From assembly GCA_051530055.1 (NCBI GenBank), contig CM121341.1:4504784-4568783 (forward strand): DNA of 64,000 nt. Reading direction: 5' to 3'. Position 1 is the stretch's first letter. Each line of letters begins with the position of its first letter. This document shows positions 36,060-50,035 of this stretch, one piece after another. This DNA comes from Neoechinorhynchus agilis. Lineage: Eukaryota; Animalia; Acanthocephala. The position numbers and the translations under genes were made by a program. Below the pieces are notes generated by a model that had not been told where the DNA came from, made no database searches, and saw only the letters and a list, made by a program, of their open reading frames with translations.

Positions 36060-39000
36060 CTCTGAGATAATGTCATTTTAGAACATAATACGAGTTTTCA
36101 TCGAATCGTCGCTTGAGTCCTCGCCTTAGAACGACCTCCTTCAAACCTTTAATAACCTTTTTTTAATCTTTACGAATTATTGTTCTCTAATTTAAAGAAT
36201 TTTTCGGCTTGGGTCATTTCCGTTCTATCCGGAAAGTCATTTGCCATCTCTGAGATCCTTTCATTTTAAAACCTAAGAAGTTTTCATCGAATCGTCGCTT
36301 GAGTTCTCGCCTTAGAACGACCTCCTTCAAACCTTTAATAACCTTTTTTTGATCTTTACGAATTATTGTTCTCTAATTTAAAGAATTCTCGGCTTGGGTC
36401 ATTTCCGTTCTATCCGGAAAGTCATTTGCCATCTCGGAGATCCTTTCATTTTAAAACCTAAGAAGTTTTCATCGAATCGTCGCTTGAGTTCTCGCCTTAG
36501 AACGACCTCCTTCAAACCTTTAATAACCTTTTTTTGATCTTTACGAATTATTGTTCTCTAATTTAAAGAATTTTTCGGCTTGGGTCATTTCCGTTCTATC
36601 CGGAAAGTCATTTGCCATCTCGGAGATCCTTTCATTTTGAAACCTAAGAAGTTTTCATCGAATCGTCGCTTGAGTCCTCGCCTTAGAACGACCTCCTTCA
36701 AACCTTTAATAACCTTTTTTTAATCTTTACGAATTATTGTTCTCTAATTTAAAGAATTCTCGGCTTGGGTCATTTCCGTTCTATCCGGACAGTCTTTTGC
36801 CATCTCGGAGATCCTTTCATTTTAAAACCTAAGAAGTTTTCATCGAATCGTCGCTTGAGTTCTCGCCTTAGAACGACCTCCTTCAAACCTTTAATAACCT
36901 TTTTTTGATCTTTACGAATTATTGTTCTCTAATTTAAAGAATTCTCGGCTTGGGTCATTGTCGTTCTATCCGGAAAGTCATTTGCCATCTCGGAGATCCT
37001 TTCATTTTGAAACCTAAGAAGTTTTCATCGAATCGTCGCTTGAGTCCTCGCCTAAGAACGACCTCCTTCAAACCTTTAATAACCTTTTTTTAATCTTTAC
37101 GAATTGTTATCCTCTAATTTAAAGAATTCTCGGCTTGGGTCATTTCCGTTCTATCCGGAAAGTCATTTGCCATCTCGGAGATCCTTTCATTTTGAAACCT
37201 AAGAAGTTTTCATCGAATCGTCGCTTGAGTCCTCGCCTTAGAACGACCTCCTTCAAACCTTTAATAACCTTTTTTTGATCTTTACGAATTATTGTTCTCT
37301 AATTTAAAGAATTCTCGGCTTGGGTCATTGTCGTTCTATCCGGAAAGTCATTTGCCATCTCGGAGATCCTTTCATTTTAAAACCTAAGAAGTTTTCATCG
37401 AATCGTCGCTTGAGTTCTCGCCTTAGAACGACCTCCTTCAAACCTTTAATAACCTTTTTTTGATCTTTACGAATTATTGTTCTCTAATTTAAAGAATTCT
37501 CGGCTTGGGTCATTTCCGTTCTATCCGGAAAGTCATTTGCCATCTCGGAGATCCTTTCATTTTAAAACCTAAGAAGTTTTCATCGAATCGTCGCTTGAGT
37601 TCTCGCCTTAGAACGACCTCCTTCAAACCTTTAATAACCTTTTTTTAATCTTTACGAATTATTGTTCTCTAATTTAAAGAATTCTCGGCTTGGGTCATTT
37701 CCGTTCTATCCGGAAAGTCATTTGCCATCTCGGAGATCCTTTCATTTTAAAACCTAAGAAGTTTTCATCGAATCGTCGCTTGAGTTCTCGCCTTAGAACG
37801 ACCTCCTTCAAACCTTTAATAACCTTTTTTTGATCTTTACGAATTATTGTTCTCTAATTTAAAGAATTTTTCGGCTTGGGTCATTTCCGTTCTATCCGAA
37901 AAGTCATTTGCCATCTCTTAAATCCTTCCATTTTGAAACCTAAGAAGTTTTCATCGAATCGTCGCTTGAGTCCTCGCCTTAGAACGACCTCCTTCAAACC
38001 TTTAATAACCTTTTTTTATCTTTACGAATTATTGTTCTCTAATTTAAAGAATTCTCGGCTTGGGTCATTTCCGTTCTATCCGGAAAGTCATTTGCCATCT
38101 CGGAGATCCTTTCATTTTAAAACCTAAGAAGTTTTCATCGAATCGTCGCTTGAGTTCTCGCCTTAGAACGACCTCCTTCAAACCTTTAATAACCTTTTTT
38201 TGATCTTTACGAATTATTGTTCTCTAATTTAAAGAATTCTCGGCTTGGGCATTTCCGTTCTATCCGGAAAGTCATTTGCCATCTCGGAGATCCTTTCATT
38301 TTAAAACCTAAGAAGTTTTCATCGAATCGTCGCTTGAGTCCTCGCCTTAGAACGACCTCCTTCAAACCTTTAATAACCTTTTTTTGATCTTTACGAATTA
38401 TTGTTCTCTAATTTAAAGAATTCTCGGCTTGGGTCATTTCCGTTCTATCCGGAAAGTCATTTGCCATCTCGAGATCCTTCATTTTGAAACCTAAGAAGTT
38501 TTCATCGAATCGTCGCTTGAGTCCTCGCCTTAGAACGACCTCCTTCAAACCTTTAATAACCTTTTTTTGATCTTTACGAATTGTTATCCTCTAATTTAAA
38601 GAATTCTCGGCTTGGGTCATTTCCGTTCTATCCGGAAAGTCATTTGCCATCTCGGAGATCCTTTCATTTTAAAACCTAAGAAGTTTTCATCGAATCGTCG
38701 CTTGAGTTCTCGCCTTAGAACGACCTCCTTCAAACCTTTAATAACCTTTTAATTTACGAATTATTGTTCTCTAATTTAAAGAATTCTCGGCTTGGGTCAT
38801 TTCCGTTCTATCCGGAAAGTCGTTTGCCATCTCGGAGATCCTTTCATTTTGAAACCTAAGAAGTTTTAACCGAATCGTCGCTTGAGTCCTCGCCTAAGAA
38901 CGACCTCCTTCAAACCTTTAATAACCTTTTTTTAATCTTTACGAATTATTGTTCTCTAATTTAAAGAATTCTCGGCTTGGGTCATTGTCGTTCTATCCGG

Positions 39001-39450
39001 AAAGTCATTTGCCATCTCGGAGATCCTTTCATTTTGAAACCTAAGAAGTTTTCATCGAATCGTCGCTTGAGTCCTCGCCTAAGAACGACCTCCTTCAAAC
39101 CTTTAATAACCTTTTTTTAATCTTTACGAATTATTGTTCTCTAATTTAAAGAATTCTCGGCTTGGGTCATTTCCGTTCTATCCGGAAAGTCGTTTGCCAT
39201 CTCGGAGATCCTTTCATTTTAAAACCTAAGAAGTTTTCATCGAATCGTCGCTTGAGTTCTCGCCTTAGAACGACCTCCTTCAAACCTTTAATAACCTTTT
39301 TTTAATCTTTACGAATTATTGTTCTCTAATTTAAAGAATTTTTCGGCTTGGGTCATTTCCGTTCTATCCGGACAGTCGTTTGCCATCTCGGAGATCCTTT
39401 CACTTTGAAACCTAAGAAGTTTTAACCGAATCGTCGCTTGAGTTCTCGTC
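36060..39450. repeat. Tandem array, ~186-bp unit, ~18 copies
   Basis: GAGATCCTTTCATTTT recurs at 36252, 36437, 36623 and onward; edge units are diverged. Confidence 0.95.
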
Positions 39451-41045
39451 TTCAACTTTAATGCCCTTCTGAATCTTTACAAATTTTCATTCTCTCATAT
39501 TAAGAATTTTCAGGCTTTGGTCATCTTTCTGATCCAAGAATAAAGAATATCGATATCCAAATCTTTCTGTTGGCCATTCGCCGTCTACTTAATCATTCCA
39601 TTACTGTAAAGGGCAATCCCGTCTTCCATTTCGCCACCATAATGACAGATTTAATTGGTTCATCGTTTGGTTAGGGACATTCTCATACAACTGCGTATCT
39701 CTTCGTCCTATAGGATCTTTAGTGTTTTTTTCTCTCGAAACATTGTATTATAGAAAAGAAACTATTTTTGTTAAAAAAAACTCGTTAAAACTTGTATGTA
39801 GTTTCGATTGAGACCGTTAGATTTCTCTCTGTTTATTTCTACACACGTATCGGTTTTAATCAATCACATCCAAGTCCTGACATTTGTCGTCTTTTATATC
39901 ATTCCGTTTCTCTCGAACTAGATTTTTCTTTCAACACGAATGCTCCGTGTTTCCATGTCTGTTGCTACTACCGTCGTTTCTTACATCCGGATCGTGTGCT
40001 TCAGTGACAGAGAATCGCTTTATTATCTACATTGTGGCACTGTGTAACGCCAACAGGACTAATCTTTCCCACTTTCTTTTGACAAATGCGTTCGATTTCT
40101 GCTCTTCCTATTAGGATTTTCGATCATAATCTTCAATGTTAAATCTTTTCCCCCTTTCACATTAAGCACGCAACGTATATGCAAATGGAAGCACGCACCG
40201 AGCATTTCTCGAATATGACATTCTGACTTCAGCAAATTGACTGTTTCATCGTAACGCTCAATCCAAATGCTCAACTAAACGTCTTTCTCCAAATGACTCA
40301 CCAGAAAAACAAGTTAAAAATTCGAAACTACGCAGTTTGTCCTCCTATTTGCCATGTTTCTCATTAAAAGCTAATCTTCCATTAATAATCACATTTTGGA
40401 CCTTTTCAGATTTGTTTCTATTTCGCTTTTTAATGATGGATCACTGCTCAGTAGTCTATTGAACAAGGATAACCTGTTTTCGAGGAATTCATCAAACGTA
40501 CAAGTTCTATGGAGAATCGATTATTTGTATTTATTTCAAATCGCAGATGATCGATCTCCTAAATTCAAGAATATTCAACGCATCTTTGAAACTTTACATT
40601 GTTACACTGCAACACTCGTGGACTATGCCGTTGTTCAATCGATCGCACGCAAACTGCTTGAGCGCAGTGCAGCCATCGTTTCTAAAATGTTACTACAGGC
40701 GGTCGTCGACAAAAAACAAAGCAGCACTAAACGGTGGACGGTTTGTTTAAATAATGAAATCTTTAGTTTATGTATAGATGCTCTGAGAAAAACCATCTTT
40801 GAGACTTCTTTTTTTCCTTTTTCAGTAAAAGCAAGTTTAATTAGTGATTCAATTTCCCTTTTAAGAAAGATTTCATTAGACAAAAGGACAAATTAGGCAA
40901 TGTGAATGGTGGATGAAGAGCTTTAAAAAACGCCTGAAATACGAAAATTGCTTTATTACTTCTTAAAAATAAACTGATATTTCCCATTTTCCTTCGCCCC
41001 CGCTGCTGCTGCTGCTGCTGAACTAACTCACTTTCGTTTCCAGAT

Positions 41046-44005
41046 ATGTCATCAGACAAAGGCTCAAGGGAAACTTCTGTTGAACAATCAGAGCATTATA
41101 TAGAACAATCGATTCTTAGATTGCTTGCGCCTACCAACTGTCTCGGTGCCATTATAGGACATCGTGGGGAGAACGTTAATGACACAAGCGCCGAATCCGG
41201 CACAAAGTTTGTTTTTGACTTTGTTTCGCTTTAGTTCACTTTGATTAGAATCGACATTATTCGCGATGATCCAGCCGCCGGTCATCTTGAGACTCTCATT
41301 GAAATCCGTGGACGTTCAACCGAATCCATATCAATCGCAGTACGGCGCATCCTCGAAGATGTATACAGGAAGATATTGTCTAAATGGCATAAACGTTTAT
41401 CGAGAAGGTATATTTTTGTCGATCTTATTTTGGTGCGAAGAAAAAAAGATTATTTTAGCGATGGATTAGGTGAAAATGATGAACTCAGTGAAACATCGAT
41501 TCGTCGTCGTATAGTGAACTTTTACCTAAAGTTTCTTGTGTCCAATGATCTTGTCGGTCAGATAATCGGCAAAGAAGGTCGTAATATCACAAGTATGCGG
41601 GAACAAACTGATACTCACATATCAGTTTCTACTATGTATGAAATTAAAGGATTTTCTATGGAAAGAACAGTTACTGTGAAGACAGGGATCGCGTTGATAT
41701 TGGCTCCTTGCACTTTTTTTTGTAACTAGATTCATTTTTTTAATTTTCTCTTTTAATCCGTTAAGAAACAATTCAGAAATTGATTAAGGTTGACTTAAAT
41801 TTTACCTATGGCGAATTATATAACATAGACAACCGATACATACGATTGTTGTATTAAAATGTCGATCGGTTGTGAATCCATCACGGTTGTCGAAATTAGA
41901 AAATGTGGCCGGGTTTTTAAAATTGAAAATTTCGATATCTAAACGATGTGGATACTCTTATACAAATTAAATGAGAATTCAAGTTAGTAAATTCAATCAT
42001 TGCCACTTTTTAACGCGATCATTGTTCGTAAAGCAAGTTGAGAACGACATTGAAAAAATCGTAAGAGCGTTTAGCCAAATATTCGAGAAGATAAGGTCGA
42101 TCCGGAAACGATCGATCGAACTTTCTGATCACCATCAGAATTTCGAAATAGCAGTTCCTCAACAGTTGCAAACGCCTTCTAGTATTTCATATCGAATTTC
42201 AGACCGAGAACAAGACATGTCTATACTTGCTTCATGGTTGTCCCAGCTCCAGGCGGCTCAACTTCTCCCACCTACACCCCAGAATCTGTCGTTCACATCC
42301 CAACAACCTGCAACTTACGTTGTTAATCAATCCATGTTCCCGCAGCAAATAAATCCCGATTTACAAAACAATAGCACTGGAATCACGGCCAGTTCTTCCA
42401 ATGGAATGGTTACTAACCCATTCCCAAGATGCTATCCACCAAACCCATATCTAAACCCAAAAACGCAACGCCTGAACCGAAACGAAAGCGTTATAATCCA
42501 TATTCCATATTTCGCCGCTGGTGTAATTATTGGCAGACGTGGAGCTTCTATAAGGCACATTATAAAATCAACTGGTGCCACTATTAGAATCTCACCGGAT
42601 AATCGGGAAACACTCAATGCCGAAGAAAGTGATCTAAATTCTTATAGGATGTCTGGCCATAGCCGGCAAGTCATGATCAGAGGAAAACCGGAAGCCCAGT
42701 TTAGGGTGAGTATAATGTTAGTTAAAAGTGAAAGATTGATCGGAAAGCTGTTTTAAGGTATTCTTTGGTAATTTTAACTTGGTTATATTGCAAAAAAATG
42801 GGAGTTCTTGATTTTTCCCTTGAATTAAACACTTGATTCAAAGGTTAAAAGGAAAATGGAGGTGTAGTGATCATTATCTTGAAAAAGATTTATTCTTTTG
42901 AACTATTTAAAAAAAAGGGAAGCGTCATCAGTCGTTGTTTCGAAGTTTTATTCAGCTAAGGATAAAGAATCACCACAAATCCATCATCTCGCAAATGTAT
43001 TTTCTCTCTTTCGATGTTTATGAGCTAATTTTATACAATTTTAACTTTCTTATATTGCAAAAAATGAGAGTTCTTGATTTTTCCCTTGAATTAAACACTC
43101 GATTCAAAGGTTAAAAGGAAAATGGAGGTGTAGTGATCATTATCTTGAAAAAGATTTATTCTTTTGAACTATTTCAAAAAAAGGGAATCATCATCAGTCG
43201 TTGTTTCGAAGTTTTTTCAGCTAAGGATTAAGATCACCACAAATCTATCATCTCGCAAATGTATTTTCTCTCTTTCGATGTTTATGAGCTAATTTTCTAA
43301 ACTGCTCACAGCAAGGTTCTTTTAAAAAAAGTTATTCTCTTTTTAACTGTTGTTTTTGACAATTGAATCTTTAGGCCCAGTATACGATATTCCACATGTT
43401 GACAACTTGTGGATTCACCGGACACCATTTTGACAAATTTATCGAGATTCTTGGCGAAAACATGTCTGAGAATGTCATGACTAATTCACTGAGGTCCCAT
43501 TCCCGGGACATTGTCCTCGTCGTTGAACTGTGTGTACCGTATGAGTCAGTTGGTCGGATAATCGGAAAAAAGGGCGCTCGGGTGAGTTCTGTTTGCTTTA
43601 GGAAAGTATTTAGTTTTATCCGCTAAGTTTAGATTCGAAGCATAGAACGTGGAACGGGAGCTCTTGTGCGCTTCGTGAGTGATGCAGCCAAGAAAGTTGA
43701 AAGTGTTCCGGAAAGTCAACTCTTAGATCCGACTATTCCAGAAGTCAGTTACTGTGAACGAAGTGATGATATCCGCAAAGAAGAAGAACTTTTGTTTGCC
43801 ACTGTTTACATTATTGGTAGCTTCAATTGTTGTTATGTAAGTCACTTAATCTTCTTCTTTTTTTTCGTCTTCTTTTAAGGCGGCTCAAAGATATATAAGG
43901 CAAATAGTTGATGATAATGGAAGGAATAATCTACGAAGAGACGTAAAAGTAGATAAGGAAATAACCGAACACTACGTTCCTAATGGAGGAGTTGTGTCAA
44001 ATTGA
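41046..44005 (+). CDS. IGF2BP: Four-KH-domain RNA-binding protein, IGF2BP/Imp-like, multi-exon
   Basis: GAIIGHRGEN, GQIIGKEGRNI, GVIIGRRGASI, GRIIGKKGARI, RGKPEAQFRAQ, final AQRYIRQIV; the 5' end may lie further upstream. Confidence 0.82.
42783..43300. repeat. Intronic tandem duplication, ~267 bp x2
   Basis: TTATATTGCAAAAAA..GAGTTCTTGATTTTTCCC at 42783 and 43050. Confidence 0.9.
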
Positions 44006-44579
44006 AAGGGGTTCCATTCTGTGTTACTTAATAAAAAAATGCGATGGTTGTAAACGAATTGTTAGAAGTCCACAAGGCCCTAGCAGTCGATTCAAACGCA
44101 TTTAAATGAACCGTTATTGAAATGTGTAAAAGAGCAGTCCGAATTCCAAGGTCGATTCGCTTTCGTTGATTTTACAATGAGGTTCACTCAGTAAATGTCG
44201 AGATTATCACAACCTTGGCCATTATCAATCCAGCCTTTTGAAAAGAATTCGTTCGTGCTTAAAAAACCCAAGTTTAAAGATCACTTAAGTTAAACGTACC
44301 GAAATTGGAATTCATTTTTAAAATAGAATGGGAAATCGGAGTAGCAAATGCATTGAAGGAACTCGAGGCTTACAAGTTCGCATTTTTCGCAAGTAATCAG
44401 CCTCGATCAGTTGGTTCGTTCAAACCTCAACTGTACCTTTTAGTACTATTATTTAGCTTAAAAGCGGATTGGTGATTTGAACTGGGTAAGTATAGGGGCC
44501 GATATGGTTTCTATTAGCGATTGAGGCGATAAAATGAAACATATTACCCTCATATCAGACTGTTCTTTTCCGTAGATAC

Positions 44580-45419
44580 TTGAATTCAATGAGATCTTCT
44601 TTGAACGACCTCGACAACGCCATCGCATACGAGGAGAACCAGATCTGGCGGAGGCACATTCCTCATTACTACAAATCATTTAAAGAAATTCCCATTGAGT
44701 CAAGTAGTGAACGGATACAATTCATTGATTACATTCGAGATTTCGCCAATAACCCATTGGTTGCTTTGGACATTGGAAGAGAAATCGTTGTTTTCGAAAT
44801 TAGCCCTCAATTGACAATGGAACACAAACGGCACCTTCTGCACTCATCGCTATCCAATTGTTTCCGAATGTTGAACGAGGATTCATTTGTGTTTCTGTCC
44901 AATAGCGGACTAGAGATCTGTAAGTTCAACAGCAAAAGTCGACAATTGTTGTGTTTTACTAGCGGTCATGCATTAGATACCGCTGAGCAAAAGATTGTGT
45001 CCGGACATGACGATGGATCATTAAATCTTTGGTTAGATGGATGCAAATGTTCGTCTAGTTGGAAAAATTTAAGTCCTTTGCGATGTGTCCGGTTCTCACC
45101 GAACCGGTCAGTTTTCAGCATGGATGAGGACGGGTACTTGAAGGTTTGGACTCATAACATGGCTTCTCCAGCGTATCAAATCGATCTCGAAGGCCAATCA
45201 ACATGTCTTTGCTTTCATCCGGACAATGAGAATGTTTCGGCGATCGGAAATGTGGAAGGGTACGTGAATGTATACGATAATCGGAACTTTAAATCGTCTG
45301 TATATGTGATCGACAACAAGAAACCATTATTAAACGTACAATTCGTTCCTTTAGACCAGTGTTTCTTAACCACATTCCTTTTTTCTTTGCAAATTTGTAG
45401 AATATTTTATTATGATTAA
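44580..45419 (+). CDS. WD40-repeat protein with RBBP4/MSI1-like N-terminus, divergent
   Basis: YEENQIWRRHIPHYY resembles the RBBP4 N-terminal helix; IVSGHDDGSLNLW, SMDEDGYLKVW, AIGNVEGYVNVYD. Confidence 0.6.
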   Translation: MNSMRSSLNDLDNAIAYEENQIWRRHIPHYYKSFKEIPIESSSERIQFIDYIRDFANNPLVALDIGREIVVFEISPQLTMEHKRHLLHSSLSNCFRMLNEDSFVFLSNSGLEICKFNSKSRQLLCFTSGHALDTAEQKIVSGHDDGSLNLWLDGCKCSSSWKNLSPLRCVRFSPNRSVFSMDEDGYLKVWTHNMASPAYQIDLEGQSTCLCFHPDNENVSAIGNVEGYVNVYDNRNFKSSVYVIDNKKPLLNVQFVPLDQCFLTTFLFSLQICRIFYYD

Positions 45420-46611
45420 CAAAAAGTGTAAAGGAGAGACTAAAATTATTGTCGGTTTGTAAAGGACGTCATTCCTAAGGAATTTAATCGATTTGTTGTC
45501 TTCAAATGTTATGTTTGTTCAGCAGTTTCCTTGATCGCTGCGCTGATTGGCTGCAACAGGAAGCTGCTGGATCGCATATCGCCGGTGGCATGTTTTAGCA
45601 TCTTTCCCAGTCGTGAGAGGAAATAATCGGAGTGTAAAACAATATTTTTTATTTATTGATAATGATCGATTTCAACTTGGTTTTATTTCGTGAATCGGCG
45701 GAATCAACGAAACGCGTTGGGTCCTAAACTCGGGCAACCCGCTAGAACTACTGCTAATGGAAGAGGAATGTTGGGCGTATTTAAGAATTATTAGTCGACA
45801 AATGTTTTTTATTAGTCAGTCTGGTTCTTTTTGAAATTTTAGACGAGATCAACAACAAACAATTTCTTCGAAGAAAACCATAGGATCAGAGAGGAAATGG
45901 GATTGACAAGTAGGGCTCCTTTTTTTGTCTTACAATTGCCAGCTAAACCTTCGCTACCATTGTTTAGTTTTCTCAGAGCTCTAAGAAAGGTACCAATGAA
46001 GTCTTTACAATGCTCTAATGGACGAACTCTTTTGAAAAAAAACTAAACCGGACACTGTCCAGCAAATCCAGATCGATTTGAGCACCATATTTGATAGTAA
46101 TCAATCCCATTTGAAATAGAATTGTAAAATTTTAAGAGGGATGAAAGTCGGTGGCCAACAGCGAACATAAGAGTTGTATCGATTTTAATTGTTCGAATTT
46201 CAAATATGTCCATTGTTTTGAAAACATATTAACTTTATTCTTAGTTTTAGCATATAAGTTTCTTTTCGAAGCATCTCCCGCGTTCCCGGTTAAGAACCGT
46301 TGCTGTAAACACCAGTCATCTCATGGCGACTACAGAATCAAGAATGATTATCTATGACCTTATGATTGATACGACGAATCCAGTGTTTATCCATCCGGTT
46401 GTACTGGACAAAATACTGGATGGCTTCGTTTTGAAGACAAACGTTTTTGTGGCTTTGATCAACACCAATAAGATTCAGTTGTTCAGACCGAATTCTATAT
46501 GAGAAACAAGTGTTTTTCATTTTCGACCGAATCGAAACTTCCTCTATGAACATCCACAAAATCATGGCGGCATTATCAATAGTCCGATTTCATCAGTGCA
46601 CAGAATTTAAT

Positions 46612-47645
46612 CATAAACTAGTGAACTAATTTTCCAGATAAAATATTTCAATAAACAACATCATTTATTTAACGGCTTTTCCGTCTCTCTTTGAATAAGA
46701 ACTTCTCAATCCTTTATTCAAAGTTTTTTTGTATTCTAGACTTATTGGTAAATATTTTTAATCGATAAAGAATGCTTAATTCGCGATCTTGCTAAAGGAG
46801 TTAATAAACAAGTGAACTAATTTTCCAGATAAAATATTTCAATAAATAACATCATTTATTTAACGGCTTTTCCGTCTCTCTTTGAATAAGAACTTCTCAA
46901 TCCTTTATTCAACGTTTTTTTGTATTCTAGACTTATTGGTAAATATTTTTAATCGATAAAGAATGCTTAATTCGCGATCTTGCTAAAGGAGTTAATAAAC
47001 AAGTGAACTAATTTTCCAGATAAAATATTTCAATAAATAACATCATTTATTTAACGGCTTTTCCGTCTCTCCTTGAATAAGAACTTCTCAATCCTTTATT
47101 CAACGTTTTTTTTGTATTCTAGACTTATTGGTAAATATTTTTAATCGATAAAGAATGCTTAATTCGCGATCTTGCTAAAGGAGTTAATAAACAAGTGAAC
47201 TAATTTTCCAGATAAAATATTTCAATAAATAACATCATTTATTTAACGGCTTTTCCGTCTCTCTCTTGAATAAGAACTTCTCAATCCATTCAAAGTTTTT
47301 TGTATTCTAGACTTATTGGTAAATATTTTTAATCGATAAAGAATGCTTAATTCGCGATCTTGCTAAAGGAGTTAATAAACTTTTCCAGATAAAATATTTC
47401 AATAAATAACATCATTTATTTAACGGCTTTTTCGTCTCTCTTGAATAAGAACTTCTCAATCCTTTATTCAAGTTTTTTTTGTATTCTAGACTTATTGGTA
47501 AATATTTTTAATCGATAAAGAATGCTTAATTCGCGATCTTGCTAAAGGAGTTAATAAACAAGTGAACAAATTTTCCAGATAAAATATTTCAATAAACAAT
47601 ATCATTTATTTAACGGCTTTTCTGTTTCTCTTTGAATAAGAACTT
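46612..47645. repeat. AT-rich tandem array, ~191-bp unit, ~5.5 copies
   Basis: GTGAACTAATTTTCCAG at 46621, 46812, 47003, 47195. Confidence 0.93.
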
Positions 47646-49449
47646 CATCGTATTTTCAGATCGCTCTTGTCGGGTTTAGCCTGCATCTATTTTTATTTAT
47701 TAAGGACGCGTATTAACATTTAAAAAACCTTTTCTAAAAGTTGCTGTTGCTTCTGGACGAAAGCTTCAACCGGATTAAGTTCCTTATTGTAGTGATCCAG
47801 CACGTCTCTTATATCATTCACGTTACTGTTAGCGAGCACTAAACCCAAAAATTAGTTTCAGTAGTGAAATAAATGGATTTACTTTCGAGAAAATCGGCTA
47901 AATTGACTAGGAATCTATCATCATCGTTTCCGTTCCATTTCGGAATCCGGTGAATACCGTTTCGTGGCTGCAATTGGTAAGCCTTTTCGTCCCAATCGAC
48001 AATGATGACTTTGCTCAACTCTCGATTAAGACACGACAAATCCTATTCAGTTCTTGTTAATAGTTAATCAAAAGAATAAATACTTTAATGTGAGTTCCAT
48101 TCCTGTACCTCGTGTTCTCTCTAAAAAGAGCAGCGAACAGTTTGTTCCCTTCCGCATCGATTCCATGAAGAATGGGTGCGGCTGTCTTTTCATACGGTTC
48201 AGTAGATTTCAATGGACCTCAAAATAGAACTCACAATCGATGAATCGGACGTGTAGATGACGAGCTCGAAAACTGGATAACCAACTTTGGAAATAAAATA
48301 TTCAAGGCCAGGTCTTTTCTTATATCGCCATCCATTTTTGTACTACACAAAATAAAATGATTTTCATCAAATGAACGAAAACGAATCACCACGCAAAATT
48401 CACAAATGAACGAGAAACTTTGGAAGATAAATTCGTCAAGAAATAACAGCCAAGAGTAAAAGTTATCGATTATTTTAGATCAATATTTCCGAAATAAGAT
48501 TATGGCATCTTCACTGAGAGTACTCAAATTTTTTGAATAAATCCCCACGCAAAAGCAGATAAATTCGCCAAGAAATAACAGCCAAGAGTAAAAGTTATCG
48601 ATTATTTTAGATCAATATTTCCGAAATAAGATTATGGCATCTTCACTGAGATTACTCAAATTTTTTGAATAAATCCCTACGCAAAAGCAGATAAATTCGC
48701 CAAGAAATAACAGCCAAGAGTAAAGTTACGGACCATAATGAGTGGGATTTGAGGATTCCTAATTTTTTAGTTTGACTTACCGACCATTCCGGATGGACAA
48801 GAACGCCGCTGTGTTCCACAACGAGAGTGTACGGTGGCTGATAGAGTGGATAATTGACAGGATCAGGTAAAAGTTTATCGCTGGTTGGATCCTTGATCAT
48901 CTAAAAGAATTTAATATATTTTGGCACTTGAAACGCACGGGAAAAAACCTGATATTTTTCTTTTAGTTTGTTCACTGTTCGTATCAATCTTGCAATTCCG
49001 AATGGATCTTAACTTTCTCTTTCTTTTTTTAAATAAAACTCGGAAATACGTACATCTCTCACTAATTTCATCTTTTATCTTAAAAATACAGCGATTTCTT
49101 TACTATATCATAAATTTCTCATACCTCTTGGCCGAAATCATCCTTGTCCGGACTTCCTAAAATCGAAACAAAATAGAGAAAAAGAAGGAGAGTTCGAACC
49201 CCATTCAACGAGGGCGTAAGTGAATGCACCAACGATCCACGTCCCGATCATCAATCCGCTCAATTTTACCATACGAGCATCTCGTTCAGCTTTTCGCCTT
49301 TTCTCCACTTCTTCGTCCAATTGAGCAGGAGGAGGAGGATGCGATGGTGTTGATAGAAAACGAACCACTGAAAATGGTGTAATGCTCAACCGTTTAAATG
49401 GAATCAATCGACATCGTACAAATTGGTAACCAATACATCGAGTCAGCAT
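47645..49449 (-). CDS. TIMM50: Mitochondrial import translocase subunit TIM50, multi-exon
   Basis: [73 protein letters not shown]; includes a 41-nt intron. Confidence 0.92.
48420..48725. repeat. Intronic tandem repeat, ~131 bp x2.3
   Basis: AGATAAATTCG.CAAGAAATAACAGCC occurs three times. Confidence 0.88.
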
Positions 49450-49719
49450 ATTTATCTGAAATATCCAAAGATTAAATCCAAATTTTATCAATATCATCGA
49501 TAGAGAAAATCCTTCGGTCTTGAAGATTTAGGACATCTTTTCCTCGGTTTTTCTTAGTTTTCCTTCTTGGCATGAAGCCATGCTCATCGGGGCTATTTCT
49601 GATCGTTGAATCGAATAGTAGAAATTGCCCATAGGTTCTTTCGTTTTTTGAAACTTTTAAGTATGAATGATTCGGGCGGCCGTCCTGGTTATATTTCTCA
49701 AATAGGACTCTGCTCAGGC

Positions 49720-50035
49720 TTTTTTGCCTATTGTTCTAAAGGCAAAATCAATGCGGAGCAGCAACTGCCGCTGAGGAACGCAAAAAGGCCAAATACAAGT
49801 CGAAATCATTATTTTGTTCCCTTTGGCGTCGAGACACTCGGGTCGTTCCATACCGCGGCGCAGGAACTGGTCAATCAATTGTCTAAGAGACTGAGACGAA
49901 TCACTGGCGATCCGAGATCAGGAGCAATCCTCCTACAAAACGTAAGTCTGCCCCTGCAACGGAAGGGAACGCTGCATCCGTCCTCTCGACCGATACACCA
50001 GGACGGCTGTGGTGTGAATGATTTTGCTGTCTAAT
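49720..50035 (+). mobile_element. Decayed CRE 3' fragment
   Basis: HYFVPFGVETLG, RITGDPRSGAILLQNVSL; its end is partly duplicated near 50360-50420. Confidence 0.75.

Noticed and set aside
39792-41059. ORFs including 40396-40896 and a short CAG/CTG run
   Set aside because: No recognisable domain or consistent exon structure.
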